This document shows positions 1 through 9,471 of a stretch of DNA of 47,484 nt, in pieces. Location of the stretch: assembly GCA_023265365.1 (NCBI GenBank), contig JAHFTY010000006.1:1-47484 (forward strand). The letters are read 5' to 3'. The notes beneath the pieces are model-generated. The model had not been told where the DNA came from. It searched no databases and saw nothing but the letters and a program-made list of their open reading frames with translations. Position 1 is the first letter of the stretch. Each line of letters opens with the position of its first letter. This DNA is from Acidobacteriota bacterium. GTDB taxonomy: Bacteria; Acidobacteriota; Terriglobia; 20CM-2-55-15. The translations under genes and the position numbers were made by a program.

Positions 1-204
1 AGCTGTCTCAAACGCTCGTTGAAGATCCGCATCACGGAACCGGCCGAAGACTCCACGCAACTGAACGAAGAATCGCCGGCCATACTGCTGTGTGTCCGCA
101 GGCGGCGATATCTGTTGTTCGCGCTGCGCCTGAATGATCGTCGAACACCAGAACGCAGCCGCGAGACACAGTAAGCGGGACATTTTCCTCGTGGTCCTTG
201 ACAT
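1..204 (-). CDS. Secreted hypothetical protein, N-terminal part only (runs off the window start)
   Basis: Manual translation from ATG at 204 gives MSRTTRKMSRLLCLAAAFWCSTIIQAQREQQ..., open to position 1. Basic N-terminus, hydrophobic core and ...IQA-Q end resemble a signal peptide. Confidence 0.6.
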   Translation of the reverse strand, partial: MSRTTRKMSRLLCLAAAFWCSTIIQAQREQQISPPADTQQYGRRFFVQLRGVFGRFRDADLQRAFETA

Positions 205-217
205 GTCGTTACCTTAA

Positions 218-366
218 CAGCCCGTGGCAGAAGATGGTAATTCTGGGTCAGACATCGGCGCCCATTTTCGGTGGGGTCACACCCTTGCTTTATCAGTTCT
301 TTGGGTCTTGACCCCGAATTGTGAAAATGGGCGCCGAGGTATCTGACCCACTTCTGCCACGGGCTG
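218..366. mobile_element. MITE-like non-autonomous element, copy 1
   Basis: Perfect 16-bp terminal inverted repeats CAGCCCGTGGCAGAAG (218-233) and CTTCTGCCACGGGCTG (351-366), extensive internal palindromy, flanks TTAA and CTTAG, and a near-identical inverted copy at 45573-45720. Confidence 0.75.
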
Positions 367-461
367 CTTAGCAGTTTGACGCAAAAAAGCGGGCCCCGAA
401 GTAAATGTCTTCGTGTAAGAATTCTGGACGTTTGACGGAAAAACCATGAACGGAGTGTCAT

Positions 462-3400
462 TTGAACGTTTACCTTCGAGCGGGCATGATCCTTTCGATC
501 ATGCTGAGCGCAACCCAGAGCAGCCTCGGTCAATCCCCGATCGTCCCCAATGGAATCGGCCTGATTTCCACACACATCAATTCAGCGGGCTTCTTTTACA
601 ACGGCGGAGCCGCAATAACCTTTTCTATCGGGATTCCATCCACGGTCGCCGCTTCGACGGACGCCCGTGGAGGGTTCTATTTCGCGACACCGGAACATCA
701 CCGGGTTTACCGCGTCCTTGACAGCGGCGAAATCTTCGTCGTTGCGGGAAGCACAACGGGCTTCAGCGGAGACGGCGGTCCCGCCCGATCGGCACAACTG
801 TCTTTTCCGAATGCGCTCGCGGTGGATCTGGCGGGAAATATTTATTTGTCCGACAAAGGGAATTCGCGGATTCGAAAAATAGACACGAATGGCGCGATCA
901 GGACCCTCGCTACCGCCGTCAGCAGCCCGGCGGGGCTCGCGGTCGATCTCGCGAACAATCTTTATATCGCGGACAGCGTGGCCAACAAGATCCTGAAAAT
1001 CGCATCGGACGGCACTCTGTCCACTTTTGCGGGTACCGGTTTCACGGGATTCTCGGGCGATGGGGGGCCTGCCGTTGAAGCGTCGTTTTCCGGTCTTGAA
1101 GGATTGGCCACGGATGCGCAGGGAAATGTCTATATAGCCGATTCGATGAATCATCGGATTCGCGTGGTCAGGACTGACGGGATCATCACTACGGTTGCGG
1201 GCACGGGCATCGCCGGGTTTCGCGGCGATGGTGACCCCGCCATCGTGGCGGACCTGAATCAACCCAGAGGCGTCGCTGTGGATGGCTCCGGAAATGTTTT
1301 CATTGCCGACACTGCGAATCACGCCGTTCGCAAAGTGGCGGCAAATGGACTGATCAGCACACTGGCCGGAACCGGCGTCGGCGATTATTACGGCGACAGC
1401 GGACCAGCCGCGAAAGCGCTGCTCAGAAGTCCGGCCGCGGTTTCGGTGGATCGGCGGGGCGTTGCGTACATCGCCGATTCGATTAACGGTCGTATCCGCA
1501 GGATCACGCCCGCCGGCGCCATCTTCACGGCCGCCGGCGGCGGTTCGGTCACCGGCAGCGATTTCCGGCCGCAGAATATCGCGCAGGACGGTTTGGGCAA
1601 TCTGTACATGACGGGGGCCGGCAGCAACACCATTTTCAGAGTGGCGCCCAATGGGGCCGTCGCTGTATTTGCGGGCTCTGCCGCCTCAGGTTACAGCGGG
1701 GACAGCGGGCCTGCCCGGCAGGCGCTGTTTGCGTCACCGGCCGGACTGGCGTTCGACGGCAGCGGCAACCTCTACGTGGCGGACTCGGGAAACAACTGCA
1801 TCCGGCGGATCGGCGCCGGCGGGATGGTCACCACCATCGTCGGGAACGGTGCCGGTGGATTCAGCGGCGATGGCGCCGGAGCCGGCGCGGCGCGATCGGC
1901 GTCCCTGCTTTCGCCGCAGGCAGTCGTCGTCGACAGGAATGGAAACCTGTTCATCGCGGATACCGGAAACCATCGCGTCCGAAGCGTCACGCCCAACGGC
2001 GCGATCAACACTGTCGCCGGCAATGGTCTGACCACGATCCGCGGCGATGGAGCGGCCACGTCGATCTCGCTCAACGCCCCGGCTGGTCTGGCGATCGAAG
2101 CCAATGGCCTGCTGTTGATTTCGGATACTCAGAATCACCGCGTTCGGAGACTGATGGCGGACGGAACCATCCTGACGATTGCCGGTGAAGGCATCGCGGG
2201 GTTCACGGGAGACGGACAGGCGGCAGTCGTGCGAATATCGGCGCCAATGGGGCTGGCCGTCGACTCCGGCGGCAACATCTACATTGCGGACTCCGGCAAT
2301 AACAAGGTCCGCCGAGTCAGTCCGACCGGCTTGATCACGACGGTCGCCGGTACGGGAGCCGCCGGCTATTCGGGAGACTCCGGACAGGGCGTGTTCGCAG
2401 CATTGAATGCTCCCTCCGGAGTCATCTTCGATCCCGGAGGGATTCTATACATCGCCGATACCTTGAATAGCGCCATTCGCAGACTCCCGGCGACATACTC
2501 GTCATCGTTTTCGATTGCGAATGCCGGAGCCGTTTCTTCCGAAACCTCCGGAAACGGCGCCGCGCTTTCGACCGGTTATGCCACCATTCAACCCACAGGT
2601 GGAACGACATCCCCCGCCGGAATGGCGATTTTTGGTTTTCGCGAAAAGGGCGTTCTCGTCTCCGAAGCCAGCGTGCCCGCGGCTGCAGCGCTCCGGTCCG
2701 GAAGGATTTATGCCGAGGTCAACGGACCCGTAAACACCGGACTTGCCGTTGCGAATCCGAACGTGGAGGCCGCGGTCATCCGTTTCTACTTCACGGATGC
2801 GACGGGCGATTTCCGCAATGGAAGTTTCACCATCGCGGGAAATGAGCAGTTTACGGCGTTTCTCAATCAGGCGCCGTTCAATGGCGGATCAGCCGTGAAG
2901 GGAAGTTTTACGTTTGTTTCTTCGGTGCCCGTTGCGGTTACCGCTCTGCGCGGATTCACAAATGAAAGAGGGGAGTTCCTGATCACGACTCTTCCCGTCG
3001 CCGACCTGGACGCTTCGCCAGAATCCGGAACGATCTGGATTCCTCATTTCGCGTCGGGAGGCGGATGGAAAACGCAGGTGGCGCTTGTGAATCCCACCGA
3101 AACCACGCTGGCCGGCGTTGTGCAATTCACGCGGACGAACGGAAACGATGCCGGCCGCATCTCCTATTCGATTCCGCCACGTGCTTCCCAAACGGTGGAC
3201 GCCTCGGGGGCTTCGGCATCCGCAGTGACGGTCGGAACGGCGCGCATTATTCCTTCCGGCGCCTCTTCATCCCCTTCAGCGACGGCGGTATTCTCGTACC
3301 GCACGAACGGTGTCACGGTGAGCGAGGCCGGTGTTCCGTCCGTCGCTCCCTCGCGCGGCTTCCGGCTTTATGCCGAGGCCTCCGGTGATTTCGCCGGGCA

Positions 3401-3863
3401 CGGACCGGGTTCGATTCAAACCGGTCTTGCGATCGCCAACACCACGTCGAGTCCTGTGACAATCACGCTTTCCATCGGCCCTGAGGGCGCATTTGCGTAT
3501 GGTGTGGGATCGTTCACCCTTGCCGCAAGTGCGCAGGTCGCCGTTTTCCTGAATGAAATTGCCGGTTTCGAGGCGTTGCCGAAAGCCCTTCAAAGCGTTG
3601 TTCGTATGCAGGCATCGCAGGAGGTGTCGGTCATCGGCCTTCGGGCCCGCTATAACGAGCGCGGTGATTTGCTGATCACCACGACCGCGCCCGCCGACGA
3701 ACTTTCGCCGGCGTCCGCCGTTCCCATGTATTTTGCGCATTTTGCGGATGCGGGTGGCTACAAGACGCAGTTTGTTCTGTTCAGCGGAAAGACAAACCAG
3801 ACGCCGGCCGGTTTGATGAAACTGTTTTCGAAATACGGAGAGCCGCTGCCCCCATCCAGATAA
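462..3863 (+). CDS. Secreted NHL-repeat (teneurin-like beta-propeller) protein with a duplicated C-terminal beta-sandwich region
   Basis: 1133-aa ORF with a signal-peptide-like start and many P-x-G-[LV]A[VF]D-xx-GN-[IL]YIAD-xxN-xx-[IV]R repeats joined by GFSGDGGPA linkers. The C-terminal ~450 aa has paired motifs NTGLAVANP/QTGLAIANT and PHFASGGGWKTQ/AHFADAGGYKTQ. The start may be TTG 462 or ATG 486. Confidence 0.85.
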   Translation: MNVYLRAGMILSIMLSATQSSLGQSPIVPNGIGLISTHINSAGFFYNGGAAITFSIGIPSTVAASTDARGGFYFATPEHHRVYRVLDSGEIFVVAGSTTGFSGDGGPARSAQLSFPNALAVDLAGNIYLSDKGNSRIRKIDTNGAIRTLATAVSSPAGLAVDLANNLYIADSVANKILKIASDGTLSTFAGTGFTGFSGDGGPAVEASFSGLEGLATDAQGNVYIADSMNHRIRVVRTDGIITTVAGTGIAGFRGDGDPAIVADLNQPRGVAVDGSGNVFIADTANHAVRKVAANGLISTLAGTGVGDYYGDSGPAAKALLRSPAAVSVDRRGVAYIADSINGRIRRITPAGAIFTAAGGGSVTGSDFRPQNIAQDGLGNLYMTGAGSNTIFRVAPNGAVAVFAGSAASGYSGDSGPARQALFASPAGLAFDGSGNLYVADSGNNCIRRIGAGGMVTTIVGNGAGGFSGDGAGAGAARSASLLSPQAVVVDRNGNLFIADTGNHRVRSVTPNGAINTVAGNGLTTIRGDGAATSISLNAPAGLAIEANGLLLISDTQNHRVRRLMADGTILTIAGEGIAGFTGDGQAAVVRISAPMGLAVDSGGNIYIADSGNNKVRRVSPTGLITTVAGTGAAGYSGDSGQGVFAALNAPSGVIFDPGGILYIADTLNSAIRRLPATYSSSFSIANAGAVSSETSGNGAALSTGYATIQPTGGTTSPAGMAIFGFREKGVLVSEASVPAAAALRSGRIYAEVNGPVNTGLAVANPNVEAAVIRFYFTDATGDFRNGSFTIAGNEQFTAFLNQAPFNGGSAVKGSFTFVSSVPVAVTALRGFTNERGEFLITTLPVADLDASPESGTIWIPHFASGGGWKTQVALVNPTETTLAGVVQFTRTNGNDAGRISYSIPPRASQTVDASGASASAVTVGTARIIPSGASSSPSATAVFSYRTNGVTVSEAGVPSVAPSRGFRLYAEASGDFAGHGPGSIQTGLAIANTTSSPVTITLSIGPEGAFAYGVGSFTLAASAQVAVFLNEIAGFEALPKALQSVVRMQASQEVSVIGLRARYNERGDLLITTTAPADELSPASAVPMYFAHFADAGGYKTQFVLFSGKTNQTPAGLMKLFSKYGEPLPPSR

Positions 3864-3876
3864 GACAAATTCGGTG

Positions 3877-5697
3877 TCAGGCACCACTGACACCGGATTT
3901 CAGGACGGGTTTTTTCGTATGGAGTTGCGCGACGTCCTGGAAGGACTTCGCCACGAAGAGGATTTCGGTCTCCTTGAATGGCGGGCCGTACAGAACCACA
4001 CTTTGCGGTGTGCCTGCCGGCGCTCCCTCCGCCGGTTCGCTGAACGAGGTCACGACGTTGACGCCCGGATAGCCTGCGGAATTGGTGTTGCCCGTTCCGC
4101 CGCCGGCCGCGCCTCCGCCACCGCGAGCGCCGCCCCGAGCAGCAGCGGGCGCGTCGGGTGCCCCAGCGCCGCGTCCGCCGCCTCCACGCTGGCCGCCGGC
4201 GCCTCCCGCTGCCGAGAAATAGACGTCGACGCCGGCTGTCGCCTTGGCCAGGTGCATCATCATCATCATTCGAATACGCTGGCTCTGCAGATAATCGACA
4301 ACGCTCATGATCCGCGCCGCTTTGAACCCGTCCCCACGGCCCGGATTCGTCATTTTCGCGACGCCGCCGCTGCGCACCAACTCGTCGAAAAAGGCGCCCT
4401 GTTCATAAGTGAATCCTTCGGCGACCTGAGGCAGGTTATCGGGCGGAATCGCCAGAGGGATGAGCGTCGCGCCCAGTCCCTTGAGAACATCCATCAGTTT
4501 TTGGGCGTTCGGATTTTTCTGTGGACTGTCGAGTCCGGTGACGCCGATCCGGATTTTCTTGAGATCCATTTTTGCGGGATTCCAGTTGAAGGGGATGTCG
4601 GAAACGCTCATGTCGCGTCCATCCGGCCTGGCAACCACGGACATCACCATCGCGCAGTCTTCGGCGTACCGGCACATCGGGCCGAGACGGTCATAGGTCC
4701 ATCCGAGCGTCATGGCGCCATGGCGGCTGATGCGTCCGAAGGTCGGACGCAGGCCCGTGACGCCATTGGTTCCTGAGGGGCTGAGGATCGAGCCCTGCGT
4801 CTCCGTGCCGATCGAAAAGCCGACGCAGCCGGCCGCTGTTGCCGAGCCTGGTCCGGCCGATGATCCGCTTGCGCTCCCGTAGTTCCATGGATTGCGCGTC
4901 ATGCCGCCAAACCAGTTTGCCCCCTGCGCCAGTTCGCCGGAGGTGAGTTTGGCGATCAGCACGGCCCCGCTTTCGCGAAGGATTTCGACGATGCTGGCGT
5001 CGTAATCGAAGACCTGATCCTTATAAGCGCCGGAGCCCCACGTGGTCTTGTATCCCTTCACTGCGATGATGTCCTTGCAGCCCCACGGAATTCCATGCAG
5101 GGGACTCTTCATCCGTCCGGCGGCCAGCGCGGCGTCCGCGGTCTTCGCCTGGCTCATGGCGAGTTCGTCCAGGAACGTAACGGTGTTCAGCAGTTGTCCG
5201 TTGTACCGGTGAAGCCTGTCCAGATACATCCTGGTCAACTCGACAGACGAAACCTGTTTGGTCCGCAGTAACTCCGAAAGGTGCCGGACCGGCCAGAACG
5301 CAACGTCTTCCAGGTTTCCGGGGACTTTCAAGCCAGACACTTTGCCCAGTTCGAAGGGCTGCGGAATCCGGTTCACGACGACGCCCGGAACAATCGCGTT
5401 GATGTGAAAAGGCGGGGAAACGTCATTCGGGATGTGGAATGCGCGCACAGACAACGCGCGGGTCAGGTTCTGGTTGGCGGTGTTGACCATCTGCTTTCGT
5501 TCGTCTTCGGTGAACTCCACTCCACCGATCTTCAGCGAGGTCGATAACATTTCCAGCGTGATCTGTTGGGCGCCGGCGTCCTGCATCTTGCCCCACAGGA
5601 TTCCCGGCACCAGCGTTCCGGCGAGCCCGATGCTCGAGAAGTAAGCCATGAACCGGCGTCTGCTTTCGTCAATACGGATCGTCTTTTTCTTTTTCAT
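3877..5697 (-). CDS. Amidase-signature family protein (GatA-like fold), probably Tat-exported
   Basis: Motifs PLHGIPWGCKD, SGSSAGPGSATAAG and IGTETQGSILSPS, plus an N-terminal SRRRF followed by a hydrophobic stretch. Start reassigned to ATG 5697. Confidence 0.85.
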   Translation of the reverse strand: MKKKKTIRIDESRRRFMAYFSSIGLAGTLVPGILWGKMQDAGAQQITLEMLSTSLKIGGVEFTEDERKQMVNTANQNLTRALSVRAFHIPNDVSPPFHINAIVPGVVVNRIPQPFELGKVSGLKVPGNLEDVAFWPVRHLSELLRTKQVSSVELTRMYLDRLHRYNGQLLNTVTFLDELAMSQAKTADAALAAGRMKSPLHGIPWGCKDIIAVKGYKTTWGSGAYKDQVFDYDASIVEILRESGAVLIAKLTSGELAQGANWFGGMTRNPWNYGSASGSSAGPGSATAAGCVGFSIGTETQGSILSPSGTNGVTGLRPTFGRISRHGAMTLGWTYDRLGPMCRYAEDCAMVMSVVARPDGRDMSVSDIPFNWNPAKMDLKKIRIGVTGLDSPQKNPNAQKLMDVLKGLGATLIPLAIPPDNLPQVAEGFTYEQGAFFDELVRSGGVAKMTNPGRGDGFKAARIMSVVDYLQSQRIRMMMMMHLAKATAGVDVYFSAAGGAGGQRGGGGRGAGAPDAPAAARGGARGGGGAAGGGTGNTNSAGYPGVNVVTSFSEPAEGAPAGTPQSVVLYGPPFKETEILFVAKSFQDVAQLHTKKPVLKSGVSGA

Positions 5698-5816
5698 CAG
5701 GTCACACCCACCTTCCGAACATTTTTGATGCGGCATTCTGGACCAGATCGATGGTTTCGAACAATCCTTATGTACTCGTACGAAACAGCGGTGAATGGGT
5801 TATCCTTGTTGTACCT

Positions 5817-6194
5817 ATGTTGAAACCAGGCGGGACCGTCGATAGTTGGTGCGGCACATGCAAACTCATTTTGGCTCACACCATCGAAGCCATGGTCGGT
5901 GACAAACCGGCCCGAGTTCACTGCAACACGTGCCAGGCACAACACTCATACAAACCGAACAAGCCAGGCACTTCCGCGCGATCGGGGAAGCCACGGCCGA
6001 CCAAATACCAGACGCTTTTGAACGGGAAGGATATGGCGCATGCGAAGCGCTATTCGACCAAAGACAAGTACGAGCCCGGCGACATTCTGGATCATCCCAG
6101 TTTCGGTGTCGGCGTGGCGACGGCTGTCAAAGACGGCACCAAGGTCGAGGTGACGTTCGAGGGCGGCGTGAAGCTGTTGATTCACGGCCGATAG
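5817..6194 (+). CDS. Small zinc-ribbon protein with a C-terminal Tudor/SH3-like (PcrA/UvrD-CTD-like) domain
   Basis: CGTC...HCNTCQAQH cysteine pairs and a C-terminal GDILDHPSFGVGVATAVKDGTKVEVTFEGGVKLL. Start reassigned to ATG 5817. Confidence 0.7.
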   Translation: MLKPGGTVDSWCGTCKLILAHTIEAMVGDKPARVHCNTCQAQHSYKPNKPGTSARSGKPRPTKYQTLLNGKDMAHAKRYSTKDKYEPGDILDHPSFGVGVATAVKDGTKVEVTFEGGVKLLIHGR

Positions 6195-6289
6195 AGTTCC
6201 TGCATCCATCCGTTCTTTCGCAGAACCTCCGAAGTGTCTTTTGTCTGGTCGAATAATCCAGGTCTGACCTGCCTGGCCGGGTGTGTCGA

Positions 6290-6323
6290 AAAGGCCTGCG
6301 GCGGAGTGATGCCGCAGGCCTTT
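6290..6323 (-). terminator. Rho-independent terminator after recA (probably bidirectional)
   Basis: AAAGGCCTGCGGC-8 nt loop-GCCGCAGGCCTTT immediately after the recA stop, with a T-run on the minus strand. Confidence 0.8.
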
Positions 6324-6327
6324 GAAG

Positions 6328-7392
6328 TTATCGGCGCTTGCCGTTTCCGCTTGCGGCGGTCTCGGCGGCGGCAGCCGGAGGAATGGTGGGGACGGCCATG
6401 CCCATGATCTCGCGGAGCGCGAGTTCGATGCGGCCGCGATAGTCATGGTTCTCTTTCAGGAACTGGCGCGCGTTTTCACGACCCTGGCCGAGGCGTTCGC
6501 CCTGGAAGGAGAACCAGGCGCCGCTCTTGTCGACGACGTTTTTGTCCACCGCCATGTCGAGCACTTCGCCTTCGCGCGAAATGCCTTCGCCGTACATGAT
6601 GTCGAACTCGGCCTCCCGGAACGGTGGGGCAACCTTGTTCTTCACGATCTTGGCTTTCGTGCGGCTGCCGACCACTTCATCGCCGTCCTTGATGGACGCG
6701 ATGCGCCGGACGTCGACGCGGACCGAAGCGTAGAACTTCAGCGCGCGGCCGCCGGTGGTGGTTTCGGGATTGCCGAACATGACCCCGATCTTTTCGCGGA
6801 TCTGGTTGATGAAGATGAGGCACGTCTTCGATTTGGAAACGATGCCGGTGAGCTTGCGCAGCGCCTGCGACATCAGCCGGGCCTGCAATCCCATCTGCGC
6901 GTCACCCATTTCACCTTCGAGTTCGGCGCGGGGGACGAGAGCCGCGACCGAGTCGATCACCACGATGTCGACCGCGCCGCTGCGAATAAGGACTTCGGCG
7001 ATTTCCAGAGCCTGTTCGCCGCTGTCGGGCTGCGAGACGAGCAGGTTGTCGATGTCGACGCCCAGTTTTCGCGCATAGTTCGCATCGAGCGCGTGTTCGG
7101 CGTCGATGAAGGCGGCGGTTCCGCCAAGCTTCTGCGCTTCGGCGATCGCGTGAATGGAAAGCGTCGTTTTACCGCTGGATTCCGGTCCGAAGATCTCGAT
7201 CACGCGGCCCCGAGGATAGCCGACGACGCCGAGCGCGGCGTCAAGACCGAGCGATCCGGAGGGCACGGCGTCCATGACGGCGTTAGGATCCACGCCGCCC
7301 ATCCGCATGATGGATCCTTTTCCAAATTGTTTTTCGATTTGCGAGACGGCAAGGTCAAGCGCACGCGTCTTTTCAGTACGTTCTTCAGCCAT
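6328..7392 (-). CDS. recA: Recombinase RecA
   Basis: Motifs [20 protein letters not shown] (Walker A), [12 protein letters not shown] and [12 protein letters not shown]. Confidence 0.99.
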   Translation of the reverse strand: MAEERTEKTRALDLAVSQIEKQFGKGSIMRMGGVDPNAVMDAVPSGSLGLDAALGVVGYPRGRVIEIFGPESSGKTTLSIHAIAEAQKLGGTAAFIDAEHALDANYARKLGVDIDNLLVSQPDSGEQALEIAEVLIRSGAVDIVVIDSVAALVPRAELEGEMGDAQMGLQARLMSQALRKLTGIVSKSKTCLIFINQIREKIGVMFGNPETTTGGRALKFYASVRVDVRRIASIKDGDEVVGSRTKAKIVKNKVAPPFREAEFDIMYGEGISREGEVLDMAVDKNVVDKSGAWFSFQGERLGQGRENARQFLKENHDYRGRIELALREIMGMAVPTIPPAAAAETAASGNGKRR

Positions 7393-7434
7393 TGTTCACC
7401 CCTTGAATTGTGGAAACGCCGGTCGAGCCGGCGG

Positions 7435-8589
7435 CTACTTGGTCCGCTTGGGCGGCGCCGGATACTTCACCAGGCGCAGTTCTTCGCGGATGAGTCCGTT
7501 GAGCTGGTCGGGGCCGGTTGCTTCCTCGGAAAAGCTGCGCACGCGTTTGCGGTAGCGGCCTTCCTTCGGATTGAGGGCTTGAGCCGTCTTGAAACATTCC
7601 TGGGCTTTCTTGAGCCAGTTCATCTCGAGGCAGAGAAGGCCAAGCTGATAGAAAGCTTCGTCGAAATCAGGGTCCAATTCCGTCGCCTTCCGAAGATGAC
7701 CGATCGCACGCTTGTGCTGACCGGAATCGTAATAAACGGCGCCCAGGAGAAAGTGCACCGGGGCGCTCGGCTTCAGCTTGAGGGCGGTGGCGAGATGTTT
7801 CAGGGCCTTTTTCCTGTTGCCGACTTCGGCGAACAGAGAACCGAGCGACGCATGCGCTGCGGAGGAATCACTCTTGAGTCCGACGGCATTCTCAAGCCGG
7901 GTCTGCGCTTCGTGAAGGTCGCCTTTCCGTTGCTGCACCAGGCCCATCAGAAACATGGCTTCGAAATGGGCCGGCCTGGCGTCGAGCACGCGCCGCAGAT
8001 AATCGATCGCGGTCACATACTCTTTGTTCTGGAAACAAACCTCCGCTAACAACAAACCTAATTCGTGGTTGGCAGCATCGTGCTCCAACGCCGTCTTTAG
8101 AAAGTGGATGCTCTCAGGCGCGCGGTCCGCGACCAGCAGGTCATATGATTTTTCGATCCACAAGCTGAACTGTTGACGATCCGAGCCTTTGTAACTCTCC
8201 ATGATGCGCTGCATGCGCGCACTGAGCCGGTCGACTTCTTCCGTTTCGAGGATCCGCGAATCGATGCGTTTCCGCCATTCGGACTCCAGATTGGCGAGAT
8301 CGATACCGGCGGATTCCAGCGAATCCGTCAGCGTTTCGATCATCGTGTGGTCGATGAAGTTCGAGGCCGCAACGCGCTCGATGGTTTCCATCATGGAATC
8401 GACACGTTTCGTCAACGTGTTGATGGAATACTCCAAAGCGCTGATTCGCTCGAGAACGTGTTCCTCCATGAACGGGAGTCCGGCGTCGAACGGAGCCGGT
8501 CCGGAAGGCACCAGCAACCTGGCTCCGCACTTCCAGCAGAATTCCCGATTCAAAGAGTTACGAGTCGTACAGTTCTGACAATGAATCAT
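7435..8589 (-). CDS. Zinc-ribbon / coiled-coil / tetratricopeptide-repeat protein
   Basis: N-terminal CQNC...CWKC, a heptad-like segment, then about six TPR-like units (e.g. AHASLGSLF, AFYQLGLLC, ALELDP-type ends). Confidence 0.8.
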   Translation of the reverse strand: MIHCQNCTTRNSLNREFCWKCGARLLVPSGPAPFDAGLPFMEEHVLERISALEYSINTLTKRVDSMMETIERVAASNFIDHTMIETLTDSLESAGIDLANLESEWRKRIDSRILETEEVDRLSARMQRIMESYKGSDRQQFSLWIEKSYDLLVADRAPESIHFLKTALEHDAANHELGLLLAEVCFQNKEYVTAIDYLRRVLDARPAHFEAMFLMGLVQQRKGDLHEAQTRLENAVGLKSDSSAAHASLGSLFAEVGNRKKALKHLATALKLKPSAPVHFLLGAVYYDSGQHKRAIGHLRKATELDPDFDEAFYQLGLLCLEMNWLKKAQECFKTAQALNPKEGRYRKRVRSFSEEATGPDQLNGLIREELRLVKYPAPPKRTK

Positions 8590-8628
8590 AGATACAGCTT
8601 CCTACTTGGACGGACAAAACGGGTCCCA

Positions 8629-9471
8629 TCAGTAGTGATAAAACCCTCGCCCCGACTTTCTTCCCAGATATCCTGCATCCACCATCTTGATGAGCAGGGG
8701 GCACGCCCGGTACTTCGAGTCTCCGAGCCCTTCGTGGAGCACCTTCATGATGTCGAGGCAGACATCCAGGCCGATCAGGTCGGCGAGTGCCAGGGGACCC
8801 AGAGGATGATTCATGCCGAGCTTCATGACCTGGTCGATTGCTTCGGGGGTTCCCACGCCTTCCATCACGCAGAAGATTGCTTCGTTGATCATCGGCATCA
8901 GGACGCGGTTCGAAACGAATCCCGGATAGTCATTCACTTCGACGGCAGTCTTGCCCATTTTTTCGGCAAGTTCCTTCGTCGTTTGATAGGTCTCGTCCGA
9001 AGTGGCCAACCCGCGCACGATCTCGACCAGCGTCATCACGGGAACCGGATTCATGAAATGCATGCCGATGACTTTGCCGGCGCGCTTCGTTCTCGATGCG
9101 ATCTTCGTGATTGAAATCGAGGATGTGTTGGACGCCAGTATCACGCCGGGTCTTGCGATTTCATCCATTGCCGCAAAAATTTTCGACTTCAAATCGAAAT
9201 TTTCGACGACCGCTTCAACGATGAAATCCGCGTCTGCCATTGCGGCGTTGCCTGTCGTTCCGGTGATCCGCGAAAAAGCCGCGGATTTGTCGGACTCCGT
9301 GATCTTGTTTTTCGCGACTTCCCGTTCCAGATTCTTCGCGATCGTGCTCAGCGCACGGTCGATAAACCGCTGCTCAATATCGAGCAGAATGACATTAAAG
9401 CCTGCTTTTGCCGCAACATGGACGATTCCATTGCCCATCGTCCCGCCGCCGATCACGCCTATTGTTTTCAT
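8629..9471 (-). CDS. hbd: 3-hydroxybutyryl-CoA dehydrogenase
   Basis: Rossmann motif GGGTMGNGI, plus [23 protein letters not shown] and GRKSGRGFY. Confidence 0.95.
   Translation of the reverse strand: MKTIGVIGGGTMGNGIVHVAAKAGFNVILLDIEQRFIDRALSTIAKNLEREVAKNKITESDKSAAFSRITGTTGNAAMADADFIVEAVVENFDLKSKIFAAMDEIARPGVILASNTSSISITKIASRTKRAGKVIGMHFMNPVPVMTLVEIVRGLATSDETYQTTKELAEKMGKTAVEVNDYPGFVSNRVLMPMINEAIFCVMEGVGTPEAIDQVMKLGMNHPLGPLALADLIGLDVCLDIMKVLHEGLGDSKYRACPLLIKMVDAGYLGRKSGRGFYHY

Noticed and set aside
700-2490. Regularly spaced repeats that might suggest a CRISPR array
   Set aside because: They are degenerate protein-level NHL repeats inside one ORF, with no identical DNA repeats separated by unique spacers.
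6322-8049. 575-aa plus-strand ORF and many other long antisense ORFs (e.g. 20612-22012, 26801-27946, 39255-40709, 45697-46917)
   Set aside because: They mirror well-supported genes on the opposite strand, lack motifs and RBSs, and are expected shadows of GC-rich codon usage.
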